This document shows, in pieces, positions 26,981-38,702 of a DNA stretch of 64,000 bases. Position 1 is the stretch's first letter. Each line of letters begins with the position of its first letter. The DNA lies in IMG/VR virus record IMGVR_UViG_3300032753_000007, positions 45,753 through 109,752 of that record. The stretch is one strand, 5' to 3'. The translations under genes were made by a program, and so were the position numbers. The notes below the pieces were generated by a model, which saw only the letters and a program-made list of their open reading frames with translations, was not told the origin of the DNA and searched no databases. Source of the stretch: a virus.

Positions 26981-29845
26981 TTATGCTGCTGCAGCGGTGG
27001 TATTACGTTTAGTAATAATGGTGTACATACCTACTGTTTTAGGCACTTGTCCATAAACAGTTACTTCTTGTTGCCAAGAATATCCATTTGCTGTATCAAC
27101 TGCTGTAAAATAAGTATTTACTGAAATAGTAACTTGACTATCGTATTTGCCTGATGTACCCGCAATTAACAAACCATTAGCTTTATCAATAAATTCAGCA
27201 GGTGTTAGTGAATCATCATTAGTCATTTGTCTCCAAACGCCTTCAGATACAGCGGTTACATTAGCGCATATCCACATGAATTTTTCACTAGCCAATACAG
27301 AACGTTCTTGATTATAGATAGTATGCAAACCTGCATAGAACAAACGTTTAGTATCATAAGATTGACAATAGTTTAAACCACTAATCCAAGCTTGTGTTTT
27401 AGCACTCAATGGAATAAAGCTATTACTAATGTCTTTCATATAAGTAACAATATTGCCAGGTGCAACACTGTATTTATTATCTGAATTTAAAACACCTTGA
27501 GTAGCACCACTATAAGCAGCGCGTTTTGAAGCTAATTCAAATACAGTAGATACTAAACCATTAAAGCGACCATTTAACAATGTGCCTTGTTGCATCATAA
27601 TACAAGCACGTACAGCAGGTGTACCCCAATAAGCAGATTCAACATGGTTAAATAACTGATTACGTAACATTGTACCAATACTAATTTCATCAGACAACGA
27701 TAATGCTTTTCCTGCACCACTAGTAGGAACACTATAAGTACCTAATGTAACATGTACGTCGGGTCTATAATCTAACCAATTAGCCAATGCATATTTAGCA
27801 CACGTAATTTGTCCTGAACCAGGCAATGAATAACCAGAGTCATAGATTGCACTAAATGGATATCTAGCACTATCAATTAAAGGGGCTGATGGATTTTGAT
27901 AATGTGAAGATAGCGTACATTCATTATAAACGCATTGTTCATAAGTAGCATTATCTAAAGCGCCGTCTACACCACCTGTTAAATAATAGGTTCTATTTTT
28001 ATTAATTTGTACATTGCTAGTATCAACAACAAATCCATAGTAAGGCGTACCGTAATAATCAGTACCTGTAAATGGATCAATCATATAAATAGACAAAGAG
28101 TTACTGGTATTTTCACTATAAGGAATAAGAGTACCACTACCATTATTAGCACCTGTTCCACTAGCAACAAATGTAGTACCAACAGTATTACTGGGTGCAC
28201 CAATTAATGTAAAGTCAGTTAAATTAGTGAGTGTAGTAGAAGCAATTGTTTGTGTTACTGATTTAATAACAGTACCATTACCGGTAGGTGTAGTATTGTT
28301 AAACGTAAATACATCACCAATTTCAGGAGTGCTAGCAGTATCGCCAATAGCAGACCAATTAGTAAGCGTGCTACCTAAAGTAACAATAGTATAACTAGTG
28401 CCTGATAGCATTGCAGTAGCCGCAATAGGGGTAGTAGTGCTTACTAAGTAAGTACCTATACCACCAGTAGTACCTGTTAATTGTGATATTACAGCAGTAT
28501 TAGCAGGAACATTAGTACCTGACAAAATATCACCAGCATCTAAACTGCCTGAATTAACAGCAGTAACAGTCATTACGTTATTGGTAATGCTACCAACAAC
28601 ACTAGTGCCTAATGATTTAATGATATAAGCAGTTTGTAATTCAAAATTACCTGCGTTAATAGGCGAGCTAATGCCACTGCGTGCTGCTAACTCTTGTGTT
28701 TGTAGCGTAGTCAATACAGCTTCAATATTGTTATAATGGACTAACGGTGCAGTAATAGGACTAAAGGTGGGTGAAAGACCAGTAGTACTGCCATCATCAG
28801 AATACAACTGATCTGCTGTTTCTAAAGATAGTGGTTGATTTGTTTTGTAATTGTAGCTATTAGGCTGCAACATAAAACTAACTATAGGCGCATTATCTAG
28901 TGTAGGAATAATAGTAGGGCTACTATTTGGTACATTTTGTACAATTTGTAAACTGTATTGTAATGCACTTTGATCGGTAATAACATCTAAATCAGCTGGA
29001 TTAATAGAGGTAGAGTTTGATGACCATAGACGAACACCAATGCTATCATAACTACCACTTACACCGTTGTTATTTACACCAACAAAACTATCTCTAAATG
29101 TAATCAATGGATAATAAGTAATGCCATTAACATTAACAGGACCTGCATCTAGTGCGCTATCTGTTGTACTTCTTAGTTCTTGCCAAGATAACTCTAATGT
29201 AATGCCATTAGTAATTGGTGTAGTAGCGTTATAAGTATAATTACCATTACTATCCAATACAGGTACGCCAGAGCCATCACGCACTAAAGGATATAGTGTT
29301 GGGACTACAGTACCTGAAGATTGAGTTGTGCTAGTAGCAACAAATGTTGTTGAATTTAAAGTAATGCCACTTGTAGTAGTAATGCTAGTAGATAACCCCA
29401 TTGTGTGCCATTGTGAAATAGTAGTATTTCCCAATGAAACAATTGTATATGATTTTCCAGCCACTAATGACGTTACTGGATAAGCATTAGTAGAAGCACC
29501 ACCATAAATAGCAGCACATAAAGTGCTTTGTGCTTGCTGTGCTGTACTGTCATAAACCCGTTTACAATAAACAGGGTTAGCTAAATCTAGCATAGATAAT
29601 GCAAATGCAGTTGCATGATTATAATAATCACCGCGCATATCAACTGCAGCTGAACCAAACGCGCGAATAAACTCTGAGCCACTCATGGCTAAAAATACAT
29701 CAGGGCCAGTTGGCGCCATGATGTATACTAATGGGGTATGAATAGCCGTCGCTTCAGTAGCAGTAACAGCAGGCAAGACCGATTGGTCATTAATGCCTAG
29801 CATTACAGCCCTTGGCGTACTATTTGTAATAGGTGGTGTAATCAT
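26981..29845 (-). CDS. contractile tail sheath protein (phiKZ gp29-like) with inserted domains
   Basis: [34 protein letters not shown] and GYSW motifs; 954 aa including Thr/Gly-rich inserts. Confidence 0.85.
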   Translation of the reverse strand: MITPPITNSTPRAVMLGINDQSVLPAVTATEATAIHTPLVYIMAPTGPDVFLAMSGSEFIRAFGSAAVDMRGDYYNHATAFALSMLDLANPVYCKRVYDSTAQQAQSTLCAAIYGGASTNAYPVTSLVAGKSYTIVSLGNTTISQWHTMGLSTSITTTSGITLNSTTFVATSTTQSSGTVVPTLYPLVRDGSGVPVLDSNGNYTYNATTPITNGITLELSWQELRSTTDSALDAGPVNVNGITYYPLITFRDSFVGVNNNGVSGSYDSIGVRLWSSNSTSINPADLDVITDQSALQYSLQIVQNVPNSSPTIIPTLDNAPIVSFMLQPNSYNYKTNQPLSLETADQLYSDDGSTTGLSPTFSPITAPLVHYNNIEAVLTTLQTQELAARSGISSPINAGNFELQTAYIIKSLGTSVVGSITNNVMTVTAVNSGSLDAGDILSGTNVPANTAVISQLTGTTGGIGTYLVSTTTPIAATAMLSGTSYTIVTLGSTLTNWSAIGDTASTPEIGDVFTFNNTTPTGNGTVIKSVTQTIASTTLTNLTDFTLIGAPSNTVGTTFVASGTGANNGSGTLIPYSENTSNSLSIYMIDPFTGTDYYGTPYYGFVVDTSNVQINKNRTYYLTGGVDGALDNATYEQCVYNECTLSSHYQNPSAPLIDSARYPFSAIYDSGYSLPGSGQITCAKYALANWLDYRPDVHVTLGTYSVPTSGAGKALSLSDEISIGTMLRNQLFNHVESAYWGTPAVRACIMMQQGTLLNGRFNGLVSTVFELASKRAAYSGATQGVLNSDNKYSVAPGNIVTYMKDISNSFIPLSAKTQAWISGLNYCQSYDTKRLFYAGLHTIYNQERSVLASEKFMWICANVTAVSEGVWRQMTNDDSLTPAEFIDKANGLLIAGTSGKYDSQVTISVNTYFTAVDTANGYSWQQEVTVYGQVPKTVGMYTIITKRNTTAAAA

Positions 29846-29931
29846 TGCGATTCCTTTATTATTGAATTTAAACGTTTAATTCATATTATAAATAATAGAA
29901 TAAGTGTCAGCCTTATATAGGCTGTTATTCT

Positions 29932-30894
29932 ATGACTTTACTACAGCTGGAGATTTACATGAGTATTTATGATAGAGAAAAAATTTATACATCGTATAAC
30001 ACGATCACTATGTTAGGCTTACATCAAAAAGCTTATAATGCTGCAAAAGCATTTGAAAGAATATTAGTCATTGATAATGATGATGAAAACTTTATTAAAA
30101 CAATGGATGGCCACATTGTATCAGTAATTGGTGACATTGGTGAAATAGATAAAATAGATCATCCTGTTGTTTTAAATAATGTGATTTATATTGATTGCCG
30201 TAGCTATTATTCTAAAGGTGGTACACTAAAATCAAAATATGAAAATGATTTTCTATATGCTAGAGCTATTTATGAGTATCTTTGGCTGTCTGATAGTGAG
30301 ATATTTTTTCCACAAATGAACTTTATGGTTGATGCATTTTCTACTTGGGCATCTAATGCTTTAGCAAGAGAACAAGTCACCTCTATTTTAGTACAATCAC
30401 AATACAGAATTTTATTAGCTATTTATTATTCAGCTATTTTTTCTAATGATCATTACCACAGTAAAGAAGATTTAGTATTGTATTTATTAAAACTAATACC
30501 TAAAATAACTGGATTACCACAACAGTTGTTACTGGATTTATTAGAAATGCATGAAGAAACGATACTCGCACTCTATATGATAAATACACCTGAATTGAAA
30601 ACTTCTAGAATAGAATTACTTTGTGAAGTATTTAATGGGGTATTTGAAGGGGGTATTTTGTTCCAACCTTATTATCTATTTAATGCTATTTGTAGAGGCT
30701 CTATCATTATGGCTAATGGCGTTGCTATTGCTACCATTGGTATGGAACACCCACCTACATTCTGTGCTATGCTATCCTTGAGTTTAGATAGAAATGAACA
30801 AAATAAAACAGCATTAGGTAGAGCAGTTATGTCTATTAGTCGGCGCAATAATCCAGAACACTTTAAATTGTTTTTAAAGGAACACAGTAAATGA
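29932..30894 (+). CDS. virion structural protein (phiKZ gp28-like)
   Basis: Divergent from the sheath gene; EHPPTF motif; gene order. The start may be ATG 29959 behind GGAG. Confidence 0.65.
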   Translation: MTLLQLEIYMSIYDREKIYTSYNTITMLGLHQKAYNAAKAFERILVIDNDDENFIKTMDGHIVSVIGDIGEIDKIDHPVVLNNVIYIDCRSYYSKGGTLKSKYENDFLYARAIYEYLWLSDSEIFFPQMNFMVDAFSTWASNALAREQVTSILVQSQYRILLAIYYSAIFSNDHYHSKEDLVLYLLKLIPKITGLPQQLLLDLLEMHEETILALYMINTPELKTSRIELLCEVFNGVFEGGILFQPYYLFNAICRGSIIMANGVAIATIGMEHPPTFCAMLSLSLDRNEQNKTALGRAVMSISRRNNPEHFKLFLKEHSK

Positions 30895-33512
30895 GTGATT
30901 TATCATCAAGTGTTTTAAATTCAGCTATAGCTAATGTATGGCCAAATAAAGAAGCTGATCGTGGTGCTACATTTAAAGCAACTAGAATTACGGGTGTTAA
31001 TGGCGCTATTGGTCAAATTGATTTTTCTAATATGACATTAGCAGCTGGATTAAGTGTTACTACATCATCTTACTTAGATGTGTTACCATTACCTGATAAT
31101 GTAACTTTATTTACAGTATTAGAATTTGGTTTAATTCCAATGAACTTAATGGGCATTACAACTACACCTATTTGGTGGACACCTATTGCTAATATTAGCT
31201 CTAAATACGCTATGTTAATTTTAGGCATTTGTGATGGACGATACATTACATTAAATGGTACTTATATGATGATTAATAATAGCGGCAATATGTATGTCGC
31301 TATTAGTTATGCTATATGCCCGTTTGTATCTCAAAATGTAGATGACATTTATTATAAGTTTTATATTAATCAAGCCTATGCTAATGAAGTATTATCTAAT
31401 GTTACTATAGGCACTACTAATTCTTACATTAATGTAACTAATGATTATACAGGGTATACTGCTTTTGCAACTGCTTATAATTTACTTGTAAGTACACTAA
31501 CTATACCGCCAATGGTATTTATTAATGGCTATTATAGACCAGATGGTTTACCACCACAAGTTAATTTATCCAGTGGTGATGTAGTTGATTATGTATCTGA
31601 TCCTTACTTTACAGATTACTTAACATTTAATGAATCATCATTAGTCTCGTATACATCATCAATCGATAATAATGCTAAATTAATTTTATCATTTAATGCA
31701 TTAATTCAGTTAATTTATGTTACTGAATTGGAATGCTTTATATCAGGCACTACTAAAACAGGAAATCATATAGGACTTTACTACATTGTTAAATCACCTG
31801 CTAGTTTAAGAATGTTAACCTATAAAGATTTTGGTATTGATGCAACTAGTGTTAGTGCATTAATAACGCAGTTAATGGTAGGCTCTGGTAATGTGACACC
31901 ATTGACTAATATTACTATTCATTTATATAGAAGATCTACTGGTCAATCTAAACAAGATATATTAGATTCAAATTACATTTCAGATTTAATGAATGTCAAT
32001 ACATCTGTTAGAGTAGGTGCTTTAGCAGGTGTAAATGCTACAATTCCTTTTTGGCAAGCACCTATATTAGAGCAATGTAACTATATTAAATGGTTATTTT
32101 TAAAATATACTCAATTAAATGATAGTAGTTTAATGGGTATATTTTCACGTTATGGTTTAATTAAATTTTATGAAAAAGTAAGATTTAATACAAATGCACA
32201 AGCATGGCAGCTACCTGCTAATGCAAGTAATGGTGGTATGTTACAAAGCTATGTAGGTAGTGGTGGGTTAGTAACATTTACTGATTATGCTAGTGGTAAT
32301 ATTAGCTCATCAACGTACAGTAATGGAACTGGTGTTGAATTATTTTATCCTGGACAAAACTTACAAAATCCTTTAGATAATGTTATTAATAGTGGTGATA
32401 CCAGTACACCTACTATTAATTCAGATATTGGTGTATTTTGTTATTACCTATTTGGCAGCGTATTAACTTATGCTATTGAAGGTACTGATTATAATTTAGT
32501 TACTACTAATGGGGTAACTACATTGGTTTGGAATAGTAATTTAATTCAATATACACGTTGGTATAGAACCAGTGAACCTGTTATATATTTTAAAGTAGCA
32601 TTAACCTATTCATTATTGACTACTGGTATTGATATATACAATGGTAGATCAAAGGCTAATGAAATTGGAATGGGCACTTTGATGGTTTGGATTAATTTAA
32701 CTGATGGTAGTGATCGGTTTTTAATAGAGGGTTTAGATTATAGTGTTTTAAATGGAATGCTTTATTTAACATCTAAACCTGTTAATTGGAATCCTACTGG
32801 TATAGTGACAATTGTTTATTTTGGTTTGCCTGATCCATCATTACAGCATGTTAATAAGAATGATTGGGGCTGGGTTAAACATGGCTATATTTATGAAAAC
32901 TCAGTATATGACTTATTCATGAATAGGAATAGATTGTTCTTTATTGATGGCAGAGCTACGCCATTTGAAGCAGTCATTTCACCTGAAAACTATTTAGACA
33001 AAACAAATTTACAACCAACAATACCTACTGTTGATGGTACGCCATATGCGGTTATTAAACCTAATAGTTTTTATAATGACGATGTATTAACATCGTACTC
33101 TACATCACTAGCTCAAGAAGTAGAAAATGATACATTAATTGCTAATTACTTATCTGCTATGGTGCCACAAGTACCATCAACTACACCTATTGGTATTACA
33201 CAGAAATATGAATTAGTTAGCCCATTATTAAATAGTGTAATTGATGGAGTAATAAATAATACAATTAATATTAACTACAGCAATTATACAGCAGATACGT
33301 TACAAGCTAGTTTAGAAAGTTATATGTACTTGCAGCCATTAGACCCCTGCACACTCAATCATGATGCTAACTTTACAGTCATTTCACCACGTTGGAGTAC
33401 TGATGCGGTTACTGTAACTAATGCTCAAAGTATATTTATTAATGATGTAAATATTCTTTTATTACAAGGAAAAGTATCAGATATTAATCATTACCTTACA
33501 ATTAGTCAATAA
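30891..33512 (+). CDS. virion structural/baseplate protein (phiKZ gp27-like)
   Basis: 873 aa; NVWP, RMLTYKD and LIEGLDY segments; gene order. Confidence 0.65.
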   Translation: MSDLSSSVLNSAIANVWPNKEADRGATFKATRITGVNGAIGQIDFSNMTLAAGLSVTTSSYLDVLPLPDNVTLFTVLEFGLIPMNLMGITTTPIWWTPIANISSKYAMLILGICDGRYITLNGTYMMINNSGNMYVAISYAICPFVSQNVDDIYYKFYINQAYANEVLSNVTIGTTNSYINVTNDYTGYTAFATAYNLLVSTLTIPPMVFINGYYRPDGLPPQVNLSSGDVVDYVSDPYFTDYLTFNESSLVSYTSSIDNNAKLILSFNALIQLIYVTELECFISGTTKTGNHIGLYYIVKSPASLRMLTYKDFGIDATSVSALITQLMVGSGNVTPLTNITIHLYRRSTGQSKQDILDSNYISDLMNVNTSVRVGALAGVNATIPFWQAPILEQCNYIKWLFLKYTQLNDSSLMGIFSRYGLIKFYEKVRFNTNAQAWQLPANASNGGMLQSYVGSGGLVTFTDYASGNISSSTYSNGTGVELFYPGQNLQNPLDNVINSGDTSTPTINSDIGVFCYYLFGSVLTYAIEGTDYNLVTTNGVTTLVWNSNLIQYTRWYRTSEPVIYFKVALTYSLLTTGIDIYNGRSKANEIGMGTLMVWINLTDGSDRFLIEGLDYSVLNGMLYLTSKPVNWNPTGIVTIVYFGLPDPSLQHVNKNDWGWVKHGYIYENSVYDLFMNRNRLFFIDGRATPFEAVISPENYLDKTNLQPTIPTVDGTPYAVIKPNSFYNDDVLTSYSTSLAQEVENDTLIANYLSAMVPQVPSTTPIGITQKYELVSPLLNSVIDGVINNTININYSNYTADTLQASLESYMYLQPLDPCTLNHDANFTVISPRWSTDAVTVTNAQSIFINDVNILLLQGKVSDINHYLTISQ

Positions 33513-33525
33513 GGAAAATTAACAA

Positions 33526-35199
33526 ATGACACAAATTGTTTTTGAAATTGATATAAATAGAGGTTTTAGATGCTGGTATATTAGTCAAATCTATATGGGC
33601 CCTACTAATCCTGGATTAGGTAGAATTGTACCTAATGTTGATGATGTAGTGTTTGATTGGTCTGCTGGTATTTATAGAGTTATTTCTGTAGATGCGGTTA
33701 CTAACTTATCTGTATTAGTATTAATGTTTCCAATAGAAGCACTAGTACAAGGTGGCTTATCACCTAGTAATGACTTTTATAAATGGCAACCTAGTATACA
33801 AGAAGTCGCTTATTTAAATACCGCAGTTACACCGTATCAAATGGCATTAGACGCTAAGTACTTTATTGTAGGCATTGAAACGTCTTCAGTTGTTTTATTT
33901 AGAGGCACTGATACTTCATCAACAGGCACTGTAATTAGTGCAGTCTATGATTCATTGAATAATTACATTGGAAATACAGTTAAGGTATATCCCATTGATC
34001 CTACTAATTTAGCCATTACACGACCAAATGCCTTTAACTGCAGTACTGCATTAAACGATGGAGAAATCGTTACCTTAGTAGGCTATACTGCTTCTAATAC
34101 GCCGTCTATGGAACACCCTTTTTTAGTTAAGAACTCATCTGCAATACAGCCAATTAATAATGCAGTGAGTACATTAGTAGACGTTCAATTAGTCAGTAGG
34201 TTATTAGATAGTACCGTAAGTAATCAGATTAATGTACCGGCTAATATACCCATTCAGTCTAGTGATTATAGTGCTAATTTAATTTATGCAGATGGAACAA
34301 CTAAAGCTATTAGCATTGATAATGTTAAGTGTAAGTTACAAGGCACAGTAGCATTAAATACAGCCGTAGTAGGTGTATATGGTACATTAGTTTTAACATA
34401 TTACCCAGCTAATAATGAGCCCTATATTAATGGCAGTAACCCATCTATAGCATCATTATCACATATATACAATGTAAATGTAATGCCCAATACATTAAAT
34501 AGTGGGTTTAAAGTTTATGTAATTCCTAATTATAACGTTGATTATAATAGTTATCAGTTGTCGTTTTATTTAACCACATTAGATTATAGTACAGTGACAT
34601 TACTTAATCCATCACAATACACATTAAGTGAAATTGGTGGAAATCCTATTAACTATAGTTCAAGTGGTAGGATGCAATCATTAGAAATACAAGTGCCTAT
34701 TACATCGAGTATGGCTAATGGGTTTAGTGGCTATACATTTGTTCAAGCATTTGGTATACAGTTTAATAAACCTGCTCAAAATCCATGGATTATTGATTAC
34801 CTTAATACAAATAACAATATGTATGGTAGTGGGATATATTTTAATTTAGTAGCTCAAAACAATGCTTATGTCATTGATATGTCAATGGGGTTAACGTCAG
34901 TAACTACATGGTTAAGTAGTTTATTTGCTCCGTTATATCCTATTTATAATACTGCTTTGACAACAACAGCGCCTACACCTACACACATTTCATTAAGCTA
35001 TAATGGCTATACTACATCGCCTATATTACTCAGCAGTAATTGGAATGTAGTCGTAACAACAGCACTCTTTAATACGAGTACTGTATTTACATTTAATGAT
35101 TCAAGTAACGTTACTATTTCATGGCTAACCGCCACTGATCAAACTGATGTATTTTCAACAATTGCCTTATCTAGTGTAATACTATTAATGTCTAATTAG
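33526..35199 (+). CDS. virion structural/baseplate protein (phiKZ gp26-like)
   Basis: 557 aa; W...IYMG...GRIVPNVDD N-terminus; upstream of terminase. Confidence 0.65.
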   Translation: MTQIVFEIDINRGFRCWYISQIYMGPTNPGLGRIVPNVDDVVFDWSAGIYRVISVDAVTNLSVLVLMFPIEALVQGGLSPSNDFYKWQPSIQEVAYLNTAVTPYQMALDAKYFIVGIETSSVVLFRGTDTSSTGTVISAVYDSLNNYIGNTVKVYPIDPTNLAITRPNAFNCSTALNDGEIVTLVGYTASNTPSMEHPFLVKNSSAIQPINNAVSTLVDVQLVSRLLDSTVSNQINVPANIPIQSSDYSANLIYADGTTKAISIDNVKCKLQGTVALNTAVVGVYGTLVLTYYPANNEPYINGSNPSIASLSHIYNVNVMPNTLNSGFKVYVIPNYNVDYNSYQLSFYLTTLDYSTVTLLNPSQYTLSEIGGNPINYSSSGRMQSLEIQVPITSSMANGFSGYTFVQAFGIQFNKPAQNPWIIDYLNTNNNMYGSGIYFNLVAQNNAYVIDMSMGLTSVTTWLSSLFAPLYPIYNTALTTTAPTPTHISLSYNGYTTSPILLSSNWNVVVTTALFNTSTVFTFNDSSNVTISWLTATDQTDVFSTIALSSVILLMSN

Positions 35200-35212
35200 G
35201 AGTTTAAATAAA

Positions 35213-35521
35213 ATGAAACAGGTAAGCTTTGTATCAAACTTTGGTATTATGTGTCTAGCCTTTTATATGGTTGGCATTATGGCCAATGATATGTATCTTG
35301 ATCAAAAACAAATTATAGAAACTATTATGCCATCTAATAACGTAATGTATTCAATAGAACGTTATTTAGATAATATCGATTTAAACTGCATAGTAGATGA
35401 TATTATTTATCCTACAGCACATAGCTCATTTAATTTAGGTACTTTTGAATCAGAAAAAAGCCTATTAACTAGTTATGAGTTAATAGATAACTGCATTAAT
35501 GATAGTGATGAGTTAATATAA
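35213..35521 (+). CDS. hypothetical membrane-anchored protein
   Basis: 102 aa; SD AGGAG; hydrophobic N-terminus. Confidence 0.55.
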   Translation: MKQVSFVSNFGIMCLAFYMVGIMANDMYLDQKQIIETIMPSNNVMYSIERYLDNIDLNCIVDDIIYPTAHSSFNLGTFESEKSLLTSYELIDNCINDSDELI

Positions 35522-35524
35522 ACC

Positions 35525-35566
35525 ATTTACCCTATACCTAAATACTGGTATAGGGTAAATTTTTTT
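35525..35566 (+). terminator. intrinsic terminator
   Basis: ATTTACCCTATACC-loop-GGTATAGGGTAAAT plus T tract. Confidence 0.8.
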
Positions 35567-35588
35567 AATTTATTTTTTTATTTAAGTT

Positions 35589-37739
35589 ATGATTTTATCA
35601 CTAGATGATTGGAAAAGCTATCCAAGTGCCATTGTAGATTTAAATACACGAAATGAATCTTGGATAAGAATGGCTAGTTTATTAAAATTAATGGGTGTTA
35701 AAAACTATTATTTTTTCTTAGCTTTATTACAACCAGAATTACAAGGCGTAGATCCTTATTCTCCTGATCTAACAGACCATCAAAAAACACTAATTAGTTA
35801 TGAAGTAAGATACAATATTTGGTATTTCTTTAGAGAAGTAGTAAGAGTACCTAATGGTAATAACCCACTGCGATATGGGCTTAATCGTGGTAACTTATCT
35901 TTGTATTGGTCTTTTTTGTCAGGCATTGATTATGGTTTAATTATGATTCGTCAAACAGGCAAAACATTAGCCTGTGATGCATTAGAAAATTGGTTACTAT
36001 ATATATACTATCGTAATCAAGATATGTTTTTGTTTACTAAAGATGATAAGTTAAGAAAAAAAAATATATCTAGATTAAAAGACTTACGTGATTTATTACC
36101 TGTCTATTTAATACCTACTTCTAAAAAAGATGTTGATAATTTAGATGAATTGTCGTGTAGTCAAAACGCTGTTTATTATAGAACAAAAGCAGGTCAACCT
36201 GGCAGGCAAGCAGCAGAAAGTGCTGGTCGTGGTTTAACAGCACCTTATGTTAGAATTGATGAAGGCCCCTATATTCCTAATGCGCAGCTTTCTATTCCCG
36301 CTATTATATCTATTACAGGTGCAGCTAGAGAAAATGCTGAAAATGACGGTACGTTATATGGTAACGTTTATATAACGTCAGCAGGTAGATTAGATAGTAC
36401 TGAAGGAAAATACATGTATAATTTTTTAAATTCAGGCATGTATTGGAATGAAACGCTATATGACTGTAAAGATAAATATGAAGCCAGAGAAACAGTCATT
36501 ACTAACAGTGGTGGACGGTGTTTGTTATATGGTACGTTTAATCATAGGCAATTAAGTAAAACTGACGAGTGGTTAAAAAAGCGTATCATGCTAGCGCAGG
36601 ATACAGCAGATGGTATTAATAAAGACTATTTTAATATTTGGGTAAATGGATCAGAATATGGTGCTATTCCATCTAACCTATTAGACATTATTAGAAAGTC
36701 TGAAATAGATCCTCTTTATACAGAAGTCACTACTGATAGATATATCATTAGCTGGTATACCGATAAAAATAATCTAAATGACTATTTAAATAATAATGAT
36801 CACATAATTTCATTAGATAGTAGTCAAGCAGTGGGTAGAGATAGTAATGGATTAGTATTTACAAATGTAATAGACATGGGTGTAACTGCCGTATCACGTG
36901 TTAATGAAGCTAGTTTATTACGCTACGGTGAATGGATAGCGACATTATTAATTAAGTATCCAAGAACTACCTTTGTAATTGAAGCTAAAGACTCTGCAAG
37001 AGGTTTAATTGATACTATAATTGCACGACTAGTAGCAGCTGGCATTGATCCATTTAAACGCATGTATAGCAGTATTGTAGATAACCATAAAGACAAAGAA
37101 ACTGAATTTAGAGAAATCAGTCAAGACTTATATCGTAGACCTGAACATGTCTATATTAAGTATAAAAAATATATAGGGTTTAATACTACTGGTAAGACAA
37201 GACGTTTGTTATACGATACTATATTAAATGACGCAATACGATCAACAGGACATTTAATTAAAGATAAGTGTTTAAGTGATGAGTTAAGAGGGCTCATTAT
37301 TAAAAAAGGTAAAGTAGATCATATGGATGGTGCTCATGATGATTTAGTCATTGCTTGGTTATTAGCCCATTGGTTTATTAAACACACTAAGAATTTAAGT
37401 TATTATGGTATAAATACAATGAAGTGTTTATCAGGTGTAGTAACTGATGGTGCTAGTATTAGTAAAGAAGAAGTTGAAAAAAGAAAACAAATAACGGTAT
37501 TAAATGATGAAATTAATAGTTTAAAACAAGAGTTATTGGTTTCTAATGGCATTATTGATAATATGCGATTAGAAAAAATGTTAGCCTATAAAGTAGGTCA
37601 AGCAAACGCATTAGGCGATAGTACATTAAACTTAGATACCATTATGCGATCTATTGATGAAAATAAAACAAACAAAACATCATTAAGAACGCAATTAAAT
37701 AACTTACAAAACCAAAACCTATATAGACGCCGCTATTAA
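35589..37739 (+). CDS. terL: terminase large subunit
   Basis: Walker A RQTGKT, GRGLT, Walker B VRIDE, nuclease SLDSS and HDDLVIAW motifs. Confidence 0.92.
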   Translation: MILSLDDWKSYPSAIVDLNTRNESWIRMASLLKLMGVKNYYFFLALLQPELQGVDPYSPDLTDHQKTLISYEVRYNIWYFFREVVRVPNGNNPLRYGLNRGNLSLYWSFLSGIDYGLIMIRQTGKTLACDALENWLLYIYYRNQDMFLFTKDDKLRKKNISRLKDLRDLLPVYLIPTSKKDVDNLDELSCSQNAVYYRTKAGQPGRQAAESAGRGLTAPYVRIDEGPYIPNAQLSIPAIISITGAARENAENDGTLYGNVYITSAGRLDSTEGKYMYNFLNSGMYWNETLYDCKDKYEARETVITNSGGRCLLYGTFNHRQLSKTDEWLKKRIMLAQDTADGINKDYFNIWVNGSEYGAIPSNLLDIIRKSEIDPLYTEVTTDRYIISWYTDKNNLNDYLNNNDHIISLDSSQAVGRDSNGLVFTNVIDMGVTAVSRVNEASLLRYGEWIATLLIKYPRTTFVIEAKDSARGLIDTIIARLVAAGIDPFKRMYSSIVDNHKDKETEFREISQDLYRRPEHVYIKYKKYIGFNTTGKTRRLLYDTILNDAIRSTGHLIKDKCLSDELRGLIIKKGKVDHMDGAHDDLVIAWLLAHWFIKHTKNLSYYGINTMKCLSGVVTDGASISKEEVEKRKQITVLNDEINSLKQELLVSNGIIDNMRLEKMLAYKVGQANALGDSTLNLDTIMRSIDENKTNKTSLRTQLNNLQNQNLYRRRY

Positions 37740-37757
37740 CTAATTGAAATAAAAACA

Positions 37758-38222
37758 ATGAATGCTATGTTACAAGATAAAATAAAGTATAATGTTGATG
37801 AGTGTCTACTTAAAAATAATCTATATACACCTGTTAAATTAACTGCAGCTAAACGACATCCCGATAAACGAAACTATCCTTACATTGTAGATATAGAATC
37901 TATTGTTAAAGTACTCATTGAAATAGTATTCCCATATGAATTTAGTTACTTTAAAATGAATGCTGTTGATGAAAAACAAATCATTAAGAATATAGCAGGA
38001 TCACTCAAAGTATTTTCTAAAGTCAATAAATTATATCGTGGCTTTATTATTAATCAGCCTACTTCATTAGTTTCACCTGAAGGGTATGTTTATAGACAAA
38101 TGTATGAATACATGTTATACTATTTATATAGCTTTAGTGAAGTACCTAGACAAAGAACAACTGAAATGAATAACTTAATTATACAGTTATGGAAGTCAGT
38201 AATTAAATTAAAACATATGTAA
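37758..38222 (+). CDS. hypothetical protein
   Basis: 154-aa ORF followed by a terminator. Confidence 0.6.
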   Translation: MNAMLQDKIKYNVDECLLKNNLYTPVKLTAAKRHPDKRNYPYIVDIESIVKVLIEIVFPYEFSYFKMNAVDEKQIIKNIAGSLKVFSKVNKLYRGFIINQPTSLVSPEGYVYRQMYEYMLYYLYSFSEVPRQRTTEMNNLIIQLWKSVIKLKHM

Positions 38223-38231
38223 AATATCATA

Positions 38232-38263
38232 TACTAGTGCAGAGAGTAATCTCTGTACTAGTA
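38232..38263 (+). terminator. terminator hairpin with GNRA loop
   Basis: TACTAGTGCAGAGA-gtaa-TCTCTGTACTAGTA (one G-U pair). Confidence 0.75.
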
Positions 38264-38270
38264 GTGTTTT

Positions 38271-38308
38271 AATAGTTTTTTTAAATATATATTATTTACA
38301 TGAAGTAT
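38271..38308 (+). promoter_or_regulatory. putative early promoter
   Basis: ...TATATTATTTACATGAAGTA; same core as the copy at 51013-51047. Confidence 0.55.
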
Positions 38309-38390
38309 ACAGTATTTTTAATAATTATTAAAGAGGTATTATGCGAAGTAAAAAGTTAAATTATGACACCCAATCAGAAGAGTAAACCCT

Positions 38391-38507
38391 ATGAATATTT
38401 GTGAATTAAATACTAAAGACAAAATTATCTATGGATCAATTACCGTAGCTTTACTTGTAATTGTGTTCTTAGCAGTCTACAATGCGGTAAAATTCTTAAT
38501 GCCGTAA
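38391..38507 (+). CDS. 38-aa single-pass membrane micro-protein (not in ORF track)
   Basis: MNICELNTKDKIIYGSITVALLVIVFLAVYNAVKFLMP. Confidence 0.5.
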   Translation: MNICELNTKDKIIYGSITVALLVIVFLAVYNAVKFLMP

Positions 38508-38629
38508 TGGACACAATTATACTAAACACACTGTTGATCATTATGACAGTAGGATGGCTAATGTCAATTGTTATACCATTTGGTATAATTTCATATATTA
38601 TAGCAGCATTCAAACCCAATAAGAGATAA
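38507..38629 (+). CDS. 40-aa membrane micro-protein (not in ORF track)
   Basis: MDTIILNTLLIIMTVGWLMSIVIPFGIISYIIAAFKPNKR; TAATG coupling to the previous ORF. Confidence 0.55.
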   Translation: MDTIILNTLLIIMTVGWLMSIVIPFGIISYIIAAFKPNKR

Positions 38630-38665
38630 ACTCTTTATCCACCTGATTTGCAATAAAGTACGGCA

Positions 38666-38702
38666 TAGTGTCCTACTACAGCATTGCTGTAGTAGGACAC
38701 TA
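38666..38702. terminator. bidirectional terminator hairpin
   Basis: 18-bp arms TAGTGTCCTACTACAGCA-t-TGCTGTAGTAGGACACTA. Confidence 0.75.
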
